Positions 40,196-50,170 of a stretch of 64,000 bases of DNA are shown here, piece after piece. The position numbers and the translations under genes were made by a program. The first letter of the stretch is position 1, and each line of letters starts with the position of its first letter. The notes beneath the pieces were generated by a model. It was given only the letters and a program-made list of their open reading frames with translations, ran no database searches and was not told the origin of the DNA. This DNA is from an uncultured delta proteobacterium (lineage in GTDB: Bacteria > Desulfobacterota > Desulfobacteria > Desulfobacterales > JAHEIW01): NCBI GenBank assembly GCA_963706575.1, contig CAVPNL010000005.1:288001-352000 (forward strand). Reading direction: 5' to 3'.

Positions 40196-41935
40196 ATGGA
40201 AGCTACCATCAAACAATTCGGCGACAGCATCTCCTGCGAACATTGGCTGCAAATTCTGGATGAATTAAATATTGGTGCATTCACGGTCGATGAGAAACGA
40301 CATGTCTCAGCCATGAATTTCAGCGCCCAAGCTTTGATCGGGCAAAAAGACACTGAAGCAATTGGCAAGGACTGTCGGGAAGTATTTGTGGGGGTTCCGT
40401 GTTTTGCGAAATGCCCCTTTAAAACCCCTGAAGACCTGATTACCGATGAGCCCGTCATCCAGATCGAGGATGAAGATCAAACCACCCACTTCGTGACCCG
40501 GATGGCCGCGCCTGTTTTTGGATCCGATCACCAGGTCGTCGGATGTATGACGATCTTGCAGGATCATTCTCCGATTGCCGACCTCATTGACCGAATTCAT
40601 TATGAAGAACGCAGCTTAAAGATAATCCTTGATAACTTAGATGTCGGGATCTTCACTGTCGATAAGGGGGGACGCGTAACATTTTTTAACACAGCGGCTG
40701 AAAAGATCTCGGGTTTTAATCGGCGCAAAATATTGGGCGAATCGTGTTCAATCATTTTTGGAGAGGAAAAAGCCCAGGAAGTTTGTTCAATGCAAGATAC
40801 GATCGTCAATGGCCAACCGCGCAGCAGCCGACAGGGCAAAATAATAACACGTGACGGAGGGTCCATCCCCATTCGAGCCGACTACATGGCGCTTCGAAAT
40901 GAAAAAGGAATTATTGTCGGCGGGTTGACGACCTTTCATGATCTCACCCTGGTGCAGCAACTTAAACAGGCCATGCGGGACCGCTACACCTTCCATGATA
41001 TGATCGGCAAGAGCCCGGCAATGCAGAAAATTTTCGAGATGATCAATGTGGTGGCCACCACGGATGCCACCATTTTGATTGAAGGCGCGACCGGAACCGG
41101 AAAAGACCTGTTGGCGAAAGTGATACATTCCGCCAGTCGAAGATTTGAGCAGCCATTTGTCAAAGTGAACTGTGCCGCAATTCCGGACAACTTGCTCGAA
41201 TCGGAAATGTTTGGTTATGTGAAAGGCGCGTTTACCGGCGCCGAAAGAGACAAAACCGGGCGTTTTCAGGAGGCTGATGGCGGAACCATTTTTCTAGATG
41301 AAATCGGGGATCTGCCGCTTGGCTTGCAAGCCAAACTTCTGCGGGTTCTGGAAGATAAGGAATTCTATCGTTTGGGAAGTCGACACACGGTTAAAGTCAA
41401 CGTTCGTATTATCTCCGCATCGAATCGTAATTTAGAAAACCTCGTTGCAAAACGACTTTTCAGAGAGGATCTTTTTTATCGGTTGAATCTATTTCAAATT
41501 GAACTCCCAGAGCTCAAAGACCGCAAGGTGGACCTTCCTATTCTTATCGGGCATATTTTGAGACGCCTGAGCGCTGCCAGCGGCAGCCGGCTGCCGGAAG
41601 TCTCTGAAAAAGTGATGGAGATTTTGCTCAATTATGACTATCCGGGCAATGTCAGAGAACTCGAAAATATTCTCGAACATGCCCTGATTATCTGTCAGGA
41701 AGAGACCATCCAGACGCGACATCTGCCTGAATATCTGCGGGTCGGCCGCGCCATCCGCAAGCCCTCTGCCAGAAGAAGCATTAGACCGTTACAGGTCTCA
41801 GATGACGAGGAACGCGATAAAATTATTTCTGCGTTGCAACAACACAACGGGCATCGCGCCAAGACGGCCAGGGCTTTAGGCATGGACCGCACTACTCTAT
41901 GGCGTAAGATCAAAAACTATGGAATCAATCCGTGA
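40196..41935 (+). CDS. PAS-PAS sigma54-dependent activator with CX8CX3C motif; paralog of 19328
   Basis: GATGTGKD, GAFTGA, Fis-type HTH; CREVFVGVPCFAKC in PAS1. Confidence 0.9.
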   Translation: MEATIKQFGDSISCEHWLQILDELNIGAFTVDEKRHVSAMNFSAQALIGQKDTEAIGKDCREVFVGVPCFAKCPFKTPEDLITDEPVIQIEDEDQTTHFVTRMAAPVFGSDHQVVGCMTILQDHSPIADLIDRIHYEERSLKIILDNLDVGIFTVDKGGRVTFFNTAAEKISGFNRRKILGESCSIIFGEEKAQEVCSMQDTIVNGQPRSSRQGKIITRDGGSIPIRADYMALRNEKGIIVGGLTTFHDLTLVQQLKQAMRDRYTFHDMIGKSPAMQKIFEMINVVATTDATILIEGATGTGKDLLAKVIHSASRRFEQPFVKVNCAAIPDNLLESEMFGYVKGAFTGAERDKTGRFQEADGGTIFLDEIGDLPLGLQAKLLRVLEDKEFYRLGSRHTVKVNVRIISASNRNLENLVAKRLFREDLFYRLNLFQIELPELKDRKVDLPILIGHILRRLSAASGSRLPEVSEKVMEILLNYDYPGNVRELENILEHALIICQEETIQTRHLPEYLRVGRAIRKPSARRSIRPLQVSDDEERDKIISALQQHNGHRAKTARALGMDRTTLWRKIKNYGINP

Positions 41936-41952
41936 TCTGAATGTTCTGGGAA

Positions 41953-42083
41953 CGTTGCACAATTGCTTGCAACATTGTTTTGCAACATAATCAAACTCAC
42001 CTCTGCACTCTTTATTCTAACCTATTATAATTTAATCATAATTCTGTAAAATTGGCTTTGAAATGTTGCATTATTCTGCAACA
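41953..42083. promoter_or_regulatory. Candidate enhancer palindromes
   Basis: CGTTGCA...TGCAACA (41953-41974), TGCAACA (41981) and TGTTGCAttattcTGCAACA (42064-42083). Confidence 0.6.
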
Positions 42084-42172
42084 GCATGATCTCTTCCGTA
42101 TGCCCAATGGATTCCCTCGATTTATCCCTAACTAATCTGTAATCATATATAAATTTTTAAATACCACCCTTC

Positions 42173-42188
42173 TGGCATATTCTATGCT
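42173..42188 (+). promoter_or_regulatory. Sigma54 promoter of the hdr-like cluster
   Basis: TGGCATATTCTATGCT (GG-N10-GC). Confidence 0.7.
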
Positions 42189-42212
42189 CTTTATCCAGAC
42201 AACAGGTGCAAC

Positions 42213-42701
42213 ATGTCGTTAAATTTGTCTGCTATCCCCCCTAACAATGCAGAGGTCTTCTTGGCTCCAGAGTTTCAAAGAAAAAAAATACTCATCGTTG
42301 ATGATGAATTGGATATGCGGATTTTCCTCTGCAATCTGCTGGGCAACTGCGGATATGAGCCCATTGAAGCAAATGATAGGACAGAGGGGATGCAAAAGGC
42401 GGAAAAAGAAAAGCCGGCGTTGATCATTTTGGATGTCATGATGCCCAAGGAAGACGGCATTCTAATGTATCGAGCGCTCAAGGCGCATGAAGAACTGAAG
42501 CATGTGCCGGTGATTATGGTGTCAACCATCGATCAGAAAATGTTTTCATTCTACCATAAATTGCAAATGTCCTCTCGGGATAAAGCCATTTCTGAATCGG
42601 GAGCTTATTTAGAGAAACCGTTGCAAACCGAAAAACTCATCCAACTGGTCCGGAGATTTACCGATGCAGATGAATTCGCGATTACACGAGATGAAAAATA
42701 A
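42213..42701 (+). CDS. Single-domain response regulator
   Basis: IVDDE, ILDVMMP, EKP. Confidence 0.85.
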   Translation: MSLNLSAIPPNNAEVFLAPEFQRKKILIVDDELDMRIFLCNLLGNCGYEPIEANDRTEGMQKAEKEKPALIILDVMMPKEDGILMYRALKAHEELKHVPVIMVSTIDQKMFSFYHKLQMSSRDKAISESGAYLEKPLQTEKLIQLVRRFTDADEFAITRDEK

Positions 42702-42716
42702 AAGAAGGGGTCTGAA

Positions 42717-45007
42717 TTGATAACAGGTATTGATTCCGAACTTTATCGCGAGCTGGCTAAATTCGGAGCCAAGGATATGGAGATCTGCATGCAGTGCGGT
42801 ACCTGCAGTGCATCGTGTCCCCTGTCTAGCGGGATGCATGCGTTTCCACGTAAGATATATCGTTATCTTCAACTTGGCCTGAGGGACAAGCTGCTCAAAT
42901 CGTCTGTACCCTGGCTGTGCTATTACTGCGGTGACTGCAATACGGACTGTCCGCGGGGGGCCGAGCCGGCCGAGACGATGATGGCCACCCGCCGCTGGCT
43001 GACCGCCCAGTACGACTGGACCGGGCTCGCCAGGCGGTTCTATCTTTCCGAGGCCTGGGAAATCGGTGCGCTAATTACCGTTGCCCTGGGAATCATTGTG
43101 CTCTTCGCACTTTTTCACGGGCCGGTGGTCACCGATCGTGTTGCCGTTAATACCTTCGCACCGGTTATGTGGATTGAGATCGGCGATTTGGCAATGGCCG
43201 CCATCCTGTCAGCTTTCCTGCTGTCAAACGCATTTAGAATGTATCGCTTCATCATGAGCGACATAAAGGTGCCGTTTTGGCTTTATATTACAGAAGCCAG
43301 AGCCTTTGTCCTCAACTTTGTAACCCAGAAACGCTGGCGGAAATGCGGGGAAGACCGCAGTCGTTGGCTGAAGCACTTTATTCTGGTGAGCGGTTATCTG
43401 ACCATGATGTCGCTGGTCATTGTTTTTATCCGCTGGTTCCAGGTCGACGACAGCAGCTGGCATTTCACGAGTATTTTCGGTTATTACGCCACCGGTGTCC
43501 TGCTTGTCATTACGGTGGAGATGTTCCGCAGCCGGCTTAAGAAAGAGGAATCCATCCATCGCTATTCAGCGTTTTCCGACTGGCTTTTTTTGATTCTACT
43601 TTTCTTTACGACGCTAACCGGCATTATGATGCACGCCCTGCGCATTGCCGGGTGGCCGATGGGAACATATGTCATGTATGTCATCCATCTGGCAGTGGCC
43701 GTACCGATGCTGATCATCGAGGTCCCTTTTGGAAAATGGTCCCATCTTTTCTACAGGCCGCTGGCCATATTTTTGGCGAACGTCAGGGAGAAGGCCTCAA
43801 AAGACTCCGGGGTCGAGGTTGAGGATGTCATTGCCGAAGCCAGCGAAATTTTCATGAGCTGCCTACAATGCGGTACCTGCACGAGCGTATGCCCGTGGAA
43901 TGCGGTTATGTCCTACAGCCCGCGCCGGATTCTGCGGCAGCTCACTTTGGAAACCGGAACCGAACAGTCCATTGACCAAGCTGTCTGGAGCTGTGTGACG
44001 TGCAATGCGTGCGGTGTGAACTGTCCGCGCGGTATCGAGATCATCGATGTCATCAAAGCGGTGCGGGGGCTCAATGTCAGCGGCGGAAAAATACCGGCGT
44101 CCTTGGTGGCGCCGCTTGATAGCCTGAAGGCCAGCGGTAACCCCTGGGGCGGTGATCGCACAAAGCGGCTGGAATGGGCCGGAGACCGGAACCTGCCGGT
44201 GTTTACACCTGAGCACGAGTACTGCCTGTTTGCCTGTTGTACAACCGCTTATGACCCCGGCAACCGCAAAGCCGGCCAGGCGATCTTCCAACTGCTGGAA
44301 TATGCGGGCATTGCTTTTGGCACCCTCGGTGCTGAAGAAAGTTGCTGCGGCGATCCGGCTTACAGGCTGGGGGCGAATGAAATTTTCTCGGAGCTTGCCC
44401 TTAAAAATACCGATTTTTTCCTGCAGGCCGGCGTACAGAAGATACTGACCACCTCGCCCCACTGCCTGAACACATTTAAAAATAGCTATGACCGGCTTGA
44501 AAGATTCATGTTGCCAGTGAGCATTACACGGAGGTTCTCGACCGGCTGGTCATGCAGGGCTGCTTAAAACCGACCCTGGAAGTGCCCGCCACGGTCACCT
44601 ATCACGACCCCTGCTATCTGGGGCGTCACCAAGGCATCTACGAAGCGCCCCGCCGGGTTTTGATGAAAATTCCCGGGCTTACACTGGTCGAGATGGCAAG
44701 CACGAAAGAAAACAGTTTGTGCTGCGGGGGCGGCGGCGGCGGAGCCTGGGGCGATTATCCCCGCAATCAGCGCTTGGATGTGCTGCGTGTCAAAGAAGCG
44801 CTCAGCACCGGCGCTGAGGTGATTGCCACAGCCTGTCCCTATTGCCTCCGCATGCTGAACGATGCTGTCAGGGCACTGGGTGTCGGGGATCGAATTGTCG
44901 TCCGGGACCTGGCTGAGTTGCTATTGCAGTCGGTGATGATGAAAGATGAGGCCAAGATGACGGAACACGTTGATTTGGATGTTGATCGGGAGGTCTGCCA
45001 TGTCTGA
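42717..45007 (+). CDS. QmoC-like (2x4Fe-4S plus membrane heme b) fused to HdrD-like (2x4Fe-4S plus 2 CCG) protein; frameshift near 44500
   Basis: CMQCGTCSASCP/CYYCGDCNTDCP, about 6 TM helices ending VPFGKWSH, then CLQCGTCTSVCP/CVTCNACGVNCP, GNPWG, ESCCG; continues YHDPCYLGR, CCGGGGG, ACPYC in ORF 44552..45007. Confidence 0.8.
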
Positions 45008-48000
45008 ACGAATCGGTTTTTATATTTGCCACTGCGGCATCAATATCGCTTATCGGGTTCGGGTGCAGGAAGTCGCTGCGTACGTGGCGGCTTTGCCGAA
45101 TGTGGTCATTTCGCGGGATTACCTGTTCATGTGCTCCGATCCCGGGCAGGAACTTATTGAAAATGATATTCAAGACTACCAACTTACGCGTGTGGTTGTG
45201 GCCTCCTGTTCCCCGCGCATGCACGAAAAAACCTTTCGGGCGGCCTGCCAGCGGGCCGGTCTCAATCCCTATCGGGCGTTTCACATGGTGTGCGTGCGAG
45301 AGCATGTTTCGTGGGTCACCGAGGATGAAGACGAGGCCACCCAAAAGGCCAAGACCCTGGCGGTCGCAGGTATCTTACGGGTTGCCTACCAATATGATCT
45401 AACACCGGCCACGTTTCCGGTATGCACCAACACCCTGATCGTGGGCGGGGGCATCGCCGGCATGCAGGCCGCTCTTGATATTGCCAAGGCCGGGTTTAAA
45501 GCTTACCTGGTGGAAAGACAGCCCACCGTCGGCGGACACATGCTCCAATACGACAAAACCTTTCCTACCCTTGACTGCGCGGCCTGCATCGGTACGCCCA
45601 AGATGGTCTCCGTGGCCCAGGAAGCAAAGATCGAGCTGCTCTCATACAGCGAGGTGGAGGATGTCAGCGGCTTTATCGGCAACTTCAAGGTAAAAGTCCG
45701 CCGCAAATCGCGCTACATAGAGGATAGCTGTACCGGGTGCGGCGAGTGCGAAAAGGTTTGCCCGATCGAGTTTCCCAATGAATGGGACGTGGGCACAAAG
45801 ACCAGAAAGGCGATCTACCGGCCCTTCCCCCAGGCCGTACCCATCACCTACTGTATCGACAAGTACGACCGTGCCCCGTGTGTTCAGACTTGCCCGGCCG
45901 GCACCAATGTACAGGGCTACGTATCGCTGGTTAAATCGGGCAGGTACCGGGAAGCGGTCAATCTCATCATGCAGAAATTACCTCTGCCGGGAACCCTCGG
46001 ACGCATCTGCCCGGCCCCCTGTGAAAAAGAATGTCGCCGCGCCGAGGTGGACTCCGCCATAGCCATCCGTGATCTGAAACGGTTTGCAGCAGACCAGGTG
46101 GACCTTTCCGAGCTACCCCTGCCGGAGATCGAAGACCGGCCGGAGAAGATAGCGGTTATCGGTTCAGGGCCCGCCGGTCTGACTGTCGCATATTATATGC
46201 GATTAAAAGGTTACGCGGTCAGCATTTTCGAGGCGCTGGATCAAGCCGGCGGGATGCTGCGGGTAGGGATTCCAGACTACCGTCTGCCGCCGGAGATACT
46301 GGACAATGAAATCAATTTTATTCTCAAACACGGGATAGAAATCAGAACCGGCGTTCGATTCGGATCGGACCTGTCCCTGGAAGGTCTCCGCCAAGACGGC
46401 TTTGCCGCCATATTTTTGGGAATTGGCGCCCATGACGCCATCCGGATGAACATTCCGGGAGAAGAGCAGGCCGCAGGCGTCATCGATGCCCTCGCTTTTT
46501 TAAGAGAGGTAAACCTGGGCAAAGGAGAGGTTCCCGGCAAGCAGGTCATTGTCATCGGCGGCGGCAATGTGGCCATAGACGCCGCCCGGGTGGCAAAACG
46601 TCTGGGGGCCGAAAAGGTGACGGTGGTTTACCGCCGCTCCGAGCGGGAAATGCCGGCCTATCCTGAAGAATTACACGGCGCCAGGGAGGAAGGTATTGAA
46701 TTTTCATACCTGACTGCTCCGGTAAGTATCCATCGTCAGGGCGGAAAGGTGACCGGGTTTGAATGCATTCGCACCGAACTCGGCCCGCCGGATGCCAGCG
46801 GGCGAAGGCGACCGCTGCCGGTTGAGGGATCTGAATTCGTCATGGCGTGTGATGCGGTCATACCGGCCATCGGTCAGAAAATTGATGTAACCTGGAGCGC
46901 AGGGGAGCCCGATCTCAAACTGACTTCGCGAAACACTTTTACGGTAAATACCACCACTTTGCAAACCAGCCTTCCCGATGTATTTGCCGCCGGTGATGCC
47001 GTGACCGGCCCGGCGACGGTCATCGAAGCCGTGGCGGACGGGCACAAGGCGGTGGCGGCCATGCACCGCTTTATCAGCGGTGAGGATCTGGATCAGTACG
47101 CCGCCGAACGGGTTGCCGAAGAACCTCCGGGAACCAAATGGCAGGCAATTCCCGAAAAGATCAAAAATACTGCCCGGGTGGTATCCGAACATCTGGATCC
47201 CGCCCAACGGGCTAAAAATTTCGATGAGGTTGACCGCAATTTTTCCGAGGCGGCAGCCAGGCAAGAAGCCGCCCGCTGTGTGGATTGCGGAGGATGTTGC
47301 GAATGCAAGCTCTGCGTGGACGCCTGTGAAGCCAAAGCGATCAATCACGAAATGGCGGATAGGGTCGAAGAAATCGAGGTGGGCTCAATCATTGTCGCTA
47401 CCGGCTTCGATCCCCTCGACCCGACCCCGATGCAGCAATACGGATACGGCAGGTACGCCAATGTTTTCACCAATCTGGAGTTCGAGCGGCTTTCCAACGC
47501 CACCGGACCGACGGGCGGCAAGCTCCTTAAGCGGGATCCCAACGACCGCTTGAAATTCAGCGCGGCGCCGAAAAGCGTGGCGATCCTTCATTGCATCGGC
47601 AGCCGCGATATCAACTACCACGAGTATTGCTCGCGCACCTGCTGTATGTATGCGCTCAAGTATGCCCATCTTCTCAAAGACAAGTGTGGACACGACACGC
47701 AAGTTTACAATTTCTACATCGACATGCGTTGCTTTGGCAAAGGGTATGAGGAGTTTTACAAGCGCGTCCAGAGCGAGGGTGTGCGCATGGTTCGCGGCAA
47801 GGCTGCGCGGGTGGAAGAAAACGACGGTATCCTGACGGTAACCGCCGAAGATACACTTTCGGACCGAATTGTGAAAGTTCCGGTAGAGATGGTGATCCTG
47901 TGCACCGCCATGGAGGCCCGTTCGGACGCCAACACCGTGTCGCGTATCTTTGGGATCAGCCTTGGAAGTGACGGTTTCTTTCAAGAGGAACACCCTAAAC

Positions 48001-48380
48001 TTGAACCTGTGTCGACTCCTACCAGCGGTGTTTTTTTGGCCGGAGCCTGTCAGGGACCCAAGGATATTCCTGATACGGTGGCGCAGGCCAAGGGAGCCGC
48101 GGCCGAGGCGCTGGCCCTTAGCGCCTCCGGAGAGGTCGCGGTGGCCCCGATGATTTCATTCATCGACCCGGACATATGTATCGGCTGCCAGGCATGTATC
48201 GGACTGTGCGCCTACACGGCTATCGAATTCAATGAGCTCAAAGGGGTTAGCGAGGTAAACGAAGCCGTGTGTAAGGGTTGCGGTAGTTGTTCCGCCCACT
48301 GCCCCAGCGGGGCTGCCAAGGTTCGGCACTTCACCGACAAGCAGGTTTTTGCGGAAATCGATGGTTTATTAGCCGGTTAG
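45000..48380 (+). CDS. hdrA: HdrA-family flavoprotein with inserted GltD-like NAD(P)H/FAD module (HdrL type)
   Basis: RIGFYICHCG, GGGIAG, KTFPTLDCAAC, inserted CPAG...GSGPAG...GGGNVAIDAAR module, HCIGSRD/CSRTCC, C-terminal 2x4Fe-4S. Confidence 0.88.
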   Translation: MSERIGFYICHCGINIAYRVRVQEVAAYVAALPNVVISRDYLFMCSDPGQELIENDIQDYQLTRVVVASCSPRMHEKTFRAACQRAGLNPYRAFHMVCVREHVSWVTEDEDEATQKAKTLAVAGILRVAYQYDLTPATFPVCTNTLIVGGGIAGMQAALDIAKAGFKAYLVERQPTVGGHMLQYDKTFPTLDCAACIGTPKMVSVAQEAKIELLSYSEVEDVSGFIGNFKVKVRRKSRYIEDSCTGCGECEKVCPIEFPNEWDVGTKTRKAIYRPFPQAVPITYCIDKYDRAPCVQTCPAGTNVQGYVSLVKSGRYREAVNLIMQKLPLPGTLGRICPAPCEKECRRAEVDSAIAIRDLKRFAADQVDLSELPLPEIEDRPEKIAVIGSGPAGLTVAYYMRLKGYAVSIFEALDQAGGMLRVGIPDYRLPPEILDNEINFILKHGIEIRTGVRFGSDLSLEGLRQDGFAAIFLGIGAHDAIRMNIPGEEQAAGVIDALAFLREVNLGKGEVPGKQVIVIGGGNVAIDAARVAKRLGAEKVTVVYRRSEREMPAYPEELHGAREEGIEFSYLTAPVSIHRQGGKVTGFECIRTELGPPDASGRRRPLPVEGSEFVMACDAVIPAIGQKIDVTWSAGEPDLKLTSRNTFTVNTTTLQTSLPDVFAAGDAVTGPATVIEAVADGHKAVAAMHRFISGEDLDQYAAERVAEEPPGTKWQAIPEKIKNTARVVSEHLDPAQRAKNFDEVDRNFSEAAARQEAARCVDCGGCCECKLCVDACEAKAINHEMADRVEEIEVGSIIVATGFDPLDPTPMQQYGYGRYANVFTNLEFERLSNATGPTGGKLLKRDPNDRLKFSAAPKSVAILHCIGSRDINYHEYCSRTCCMYALKYAHLLKDKCGHDTQVYNFYIDMRCFGKGYEEFYKRVQSEGVRMVRGKAARVEENDGILTVTAEDTLSDRIVKVPVEMVILCTAMEARSDANTVSRIFGISLGSDGFFQEEHPKLEPVSTPTSGVFLAGACQGPKDIPDTVAQAKGAAAEALALSASGEVAVAPMISFIDPDICIGCQACIGLCAYTAIEFNELKGVSEVNEAVCKGCGSCSAHCPSGAAKVRHFTDKQVFAEIDGLLAG

Positions 48381-48394
48381 AAAGGAGTTATCAG

Positions 48395-48817
48395 ATGAGC
48401 GAATTTGAACCGACAATTGTAGCCTTTTTTTGCAACTGGTGCACCTATACGGCGGCGGATTTAGCGGGTACGTCGCGCCTGTCATATCCTCCCAATGTAA
48501 AAAGCATTCGGGTGATGTGCACCGGTATGGTGGATCCCCAATATGTGATCAAAGCCTTTCTGGAGGGGGCTGACGGGGTGTTGATCAGCGGGTGCCATCC
48601 GGGTGATTGCCATTATATCAACGGGAATTATAAAGCCCGCCGGCGGATAAAGCTGCTCAAGGAGATTCTGCCGAAATTCGGTTTTGATCAACAACGGTTG
48701 CGCTTAACCTGGATCGGTGCCAGTGACGGCATCCAGCTTGCCGAGGTCATGCGTGATTTGGTTGCTCAAATCAAGGCTTTGGGACCCAGCCAGGCCAAGT
48801 TGAAGATGGTGATTTGA
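48395..48817 (+). CDS. mvhD: MvhD-type [2Fe-2S] subunit
   Basis: FFCNWCTYTAADLAG, RVMCTG, GCHPGDCHY. Confidence 0.9.
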   Translation: MSEFEPTIVAFFCNWCTYTAADLAGTSRLSYPPNVKSIRVMCTGMVDPQYVIKAFLEGADGVLISGCHPGDCHYINGNYKARRRIKLLKEILPKFGFDQQRLRLTWIGASDGIQLAEVMRDLVAQIKALGPSQAKLKMVI

Positions 48818-48829
48818 GCCACGGGTTTT

Positions 48830-48970
48830 TCGATTGTGGATTGCAGATTTTGGATTTCGGATTGAAAAGACCTTGGGCAGCCGGAAACATAGGTATCTAT
48901 AATTGAGCTGCCCGTAAACCGTAACCAGGGACAAGAGGCAAGCTGCCAGTGACCAGAGGCCAGTGACAGG
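48830..48970. repeat. Intergenic 7-mer tandem repeats
   Basis: GATTGTG-GATTGCA-GATTTTG-GATTTCG-GATTG, then CCGTAAA-CCGTAA and CCAGTGA-CCAGAGG-CCAGTGA units. Confidence 0.6.
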
Positions 48971-48984
48971 TAAAGGAGATAACA

Positions 48985-50127
48985 ATGGCGATTACGGCTA
49001 AAATTGATGTGAAAGATAAAGACATTTTAGGATCTCTGCAGGGTTTTTTTAAGAATATTCTTGAAACTGATGAAATCCAATCACTGCTGGTGCCCCAGCA
49101 TTTGCCGATGAAAAACATGGTTATGCCGACCCTGGTGACCGATCCGAATCATCTGAATGGGGTTGATCCGCTATCGCCGGCCTTTCCGATGAACGCCGCC
49201 AAGATTGTTTCACGGCTGACCCGCAAGCCGATGGGCGCGAAGGTCGCGGCGGTATTGCGACCGTGCGAGATTCGGGCCTTTGTTGAGCTCGTGAAACTTA
49301 AGCAAGGGCGCACCGAGGAAGTTATTCTGATTGGAGTGGATTGCCTGGGAGCCTTCCAAAACAAAGATTATTTTCAGCTGGTGGGACAGAACGCAGCCGA
49401 GTCGACGGTCGTGTTCCATGAAAACGTGTTGCGCGGCAAAAGCACCGAGATTGACGGTTTGGACCTGGCGCCCGCCTGCAAGGCCTGTGAATATCCGGTG
49501 GCAGACAATGCCGATATTCTCATCGGCCTATACGGTATGGATATCGACCAATTTCTGCTGGTCCAGTCGCAAACTGAGGCTGGAGATCAGATCCTAAAGC
49601 AGATGAATCTTTCGACTACAGAGGCGCCCCGCGCCCGCCAGGATGCCATCAATGCCCTAATTACCCAACGCACCAAGTACCGGGATGACATGTTTGCCAG
49701 GACGCGTGAGGCGACCGACAGTCTGGAAAAAATGTCGAGCTACTTTGCCACCTGCGTCAACTGCTATAACTGCCGGGTGGCCTGTCCGGTTTGTTACTGT
49801 AAGGAGTGCGTTTTTGTCACCGATGTATTTAACCATGATCCGTCTCAGTATTTGCAGTGGGCCAATCGCAAAGGGATTATTAAGATGCCGACCGATACAC
49901 TTTTCTACCACTTAACCCGATTGGCACATATGAGCACGGCCTGTGTGGGCTGCGGCCAGTGTTCCAATGCCTGCCCGAATGATATTGCGGTCATGGAGCT
50001 GTTTCGAACTATCGCCCACGACACTCAGAAAGCTTTTGACTATGAGGCAGGCAAAAGTATTGAGCAAGAACCACCACTTTCGGTATTTCGTGAGGACGAA
50101 TTTGCCGAGGTTGTGGGCATAAATTAA
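48985..50127 (+). CDS. FdhB/FrhB-like Fe-S subunit
   Basis: LRPCEIRA, GVDCLG, ACKAC, CVNCYNCRVACPVCYCKEC, CVGCGQCSNACP. Confidence 0.8.
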   Translation: MAITAKIDVKDKDILGSLQGFFKNILETDEIQSLLVPQHLPMKNMVMPTLVTDPNHLNGVDPLSPAFPMNAAKIVSRLTRKPMGAKVAAVLRPCEIRAFVELVKLKQGRTEEVILIGVDCLGAFQNKDYFQLVGQNAAESTVVFHENVLRGKSTEIDGLDLAPACKACEYPVADNADILIGLYGMDIDQFLLVQSQTEAGDQILKQMNLSTTEAPRARQDAINALITQRTKYRDDMFARTREATDSLEKMSSYFATCVNCYNCRVACPVCYCKECVFVTDVFNHDPSQYLQWANRKGIIKMPTDTLFYHLTRLAHMSTACVGCGQCSNACPNDIAVMELFRTIAHDTQKAFDYEAGKSIEQEPPLSVFREDEFAEVVGIN

Positions 50128-50170
50128 GGGGTCATTGCGCGAAACGAACCAACGAAAAGGTGAGGGTTAT

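Noticed and set aside
45000..48817. Sec codons in HdrA and MvhD, which are often selenoproteins in this group
   Set aside because: Both have Cys at the relevant motifs (LDCAAC, CNWC) and no in-frame TGA.
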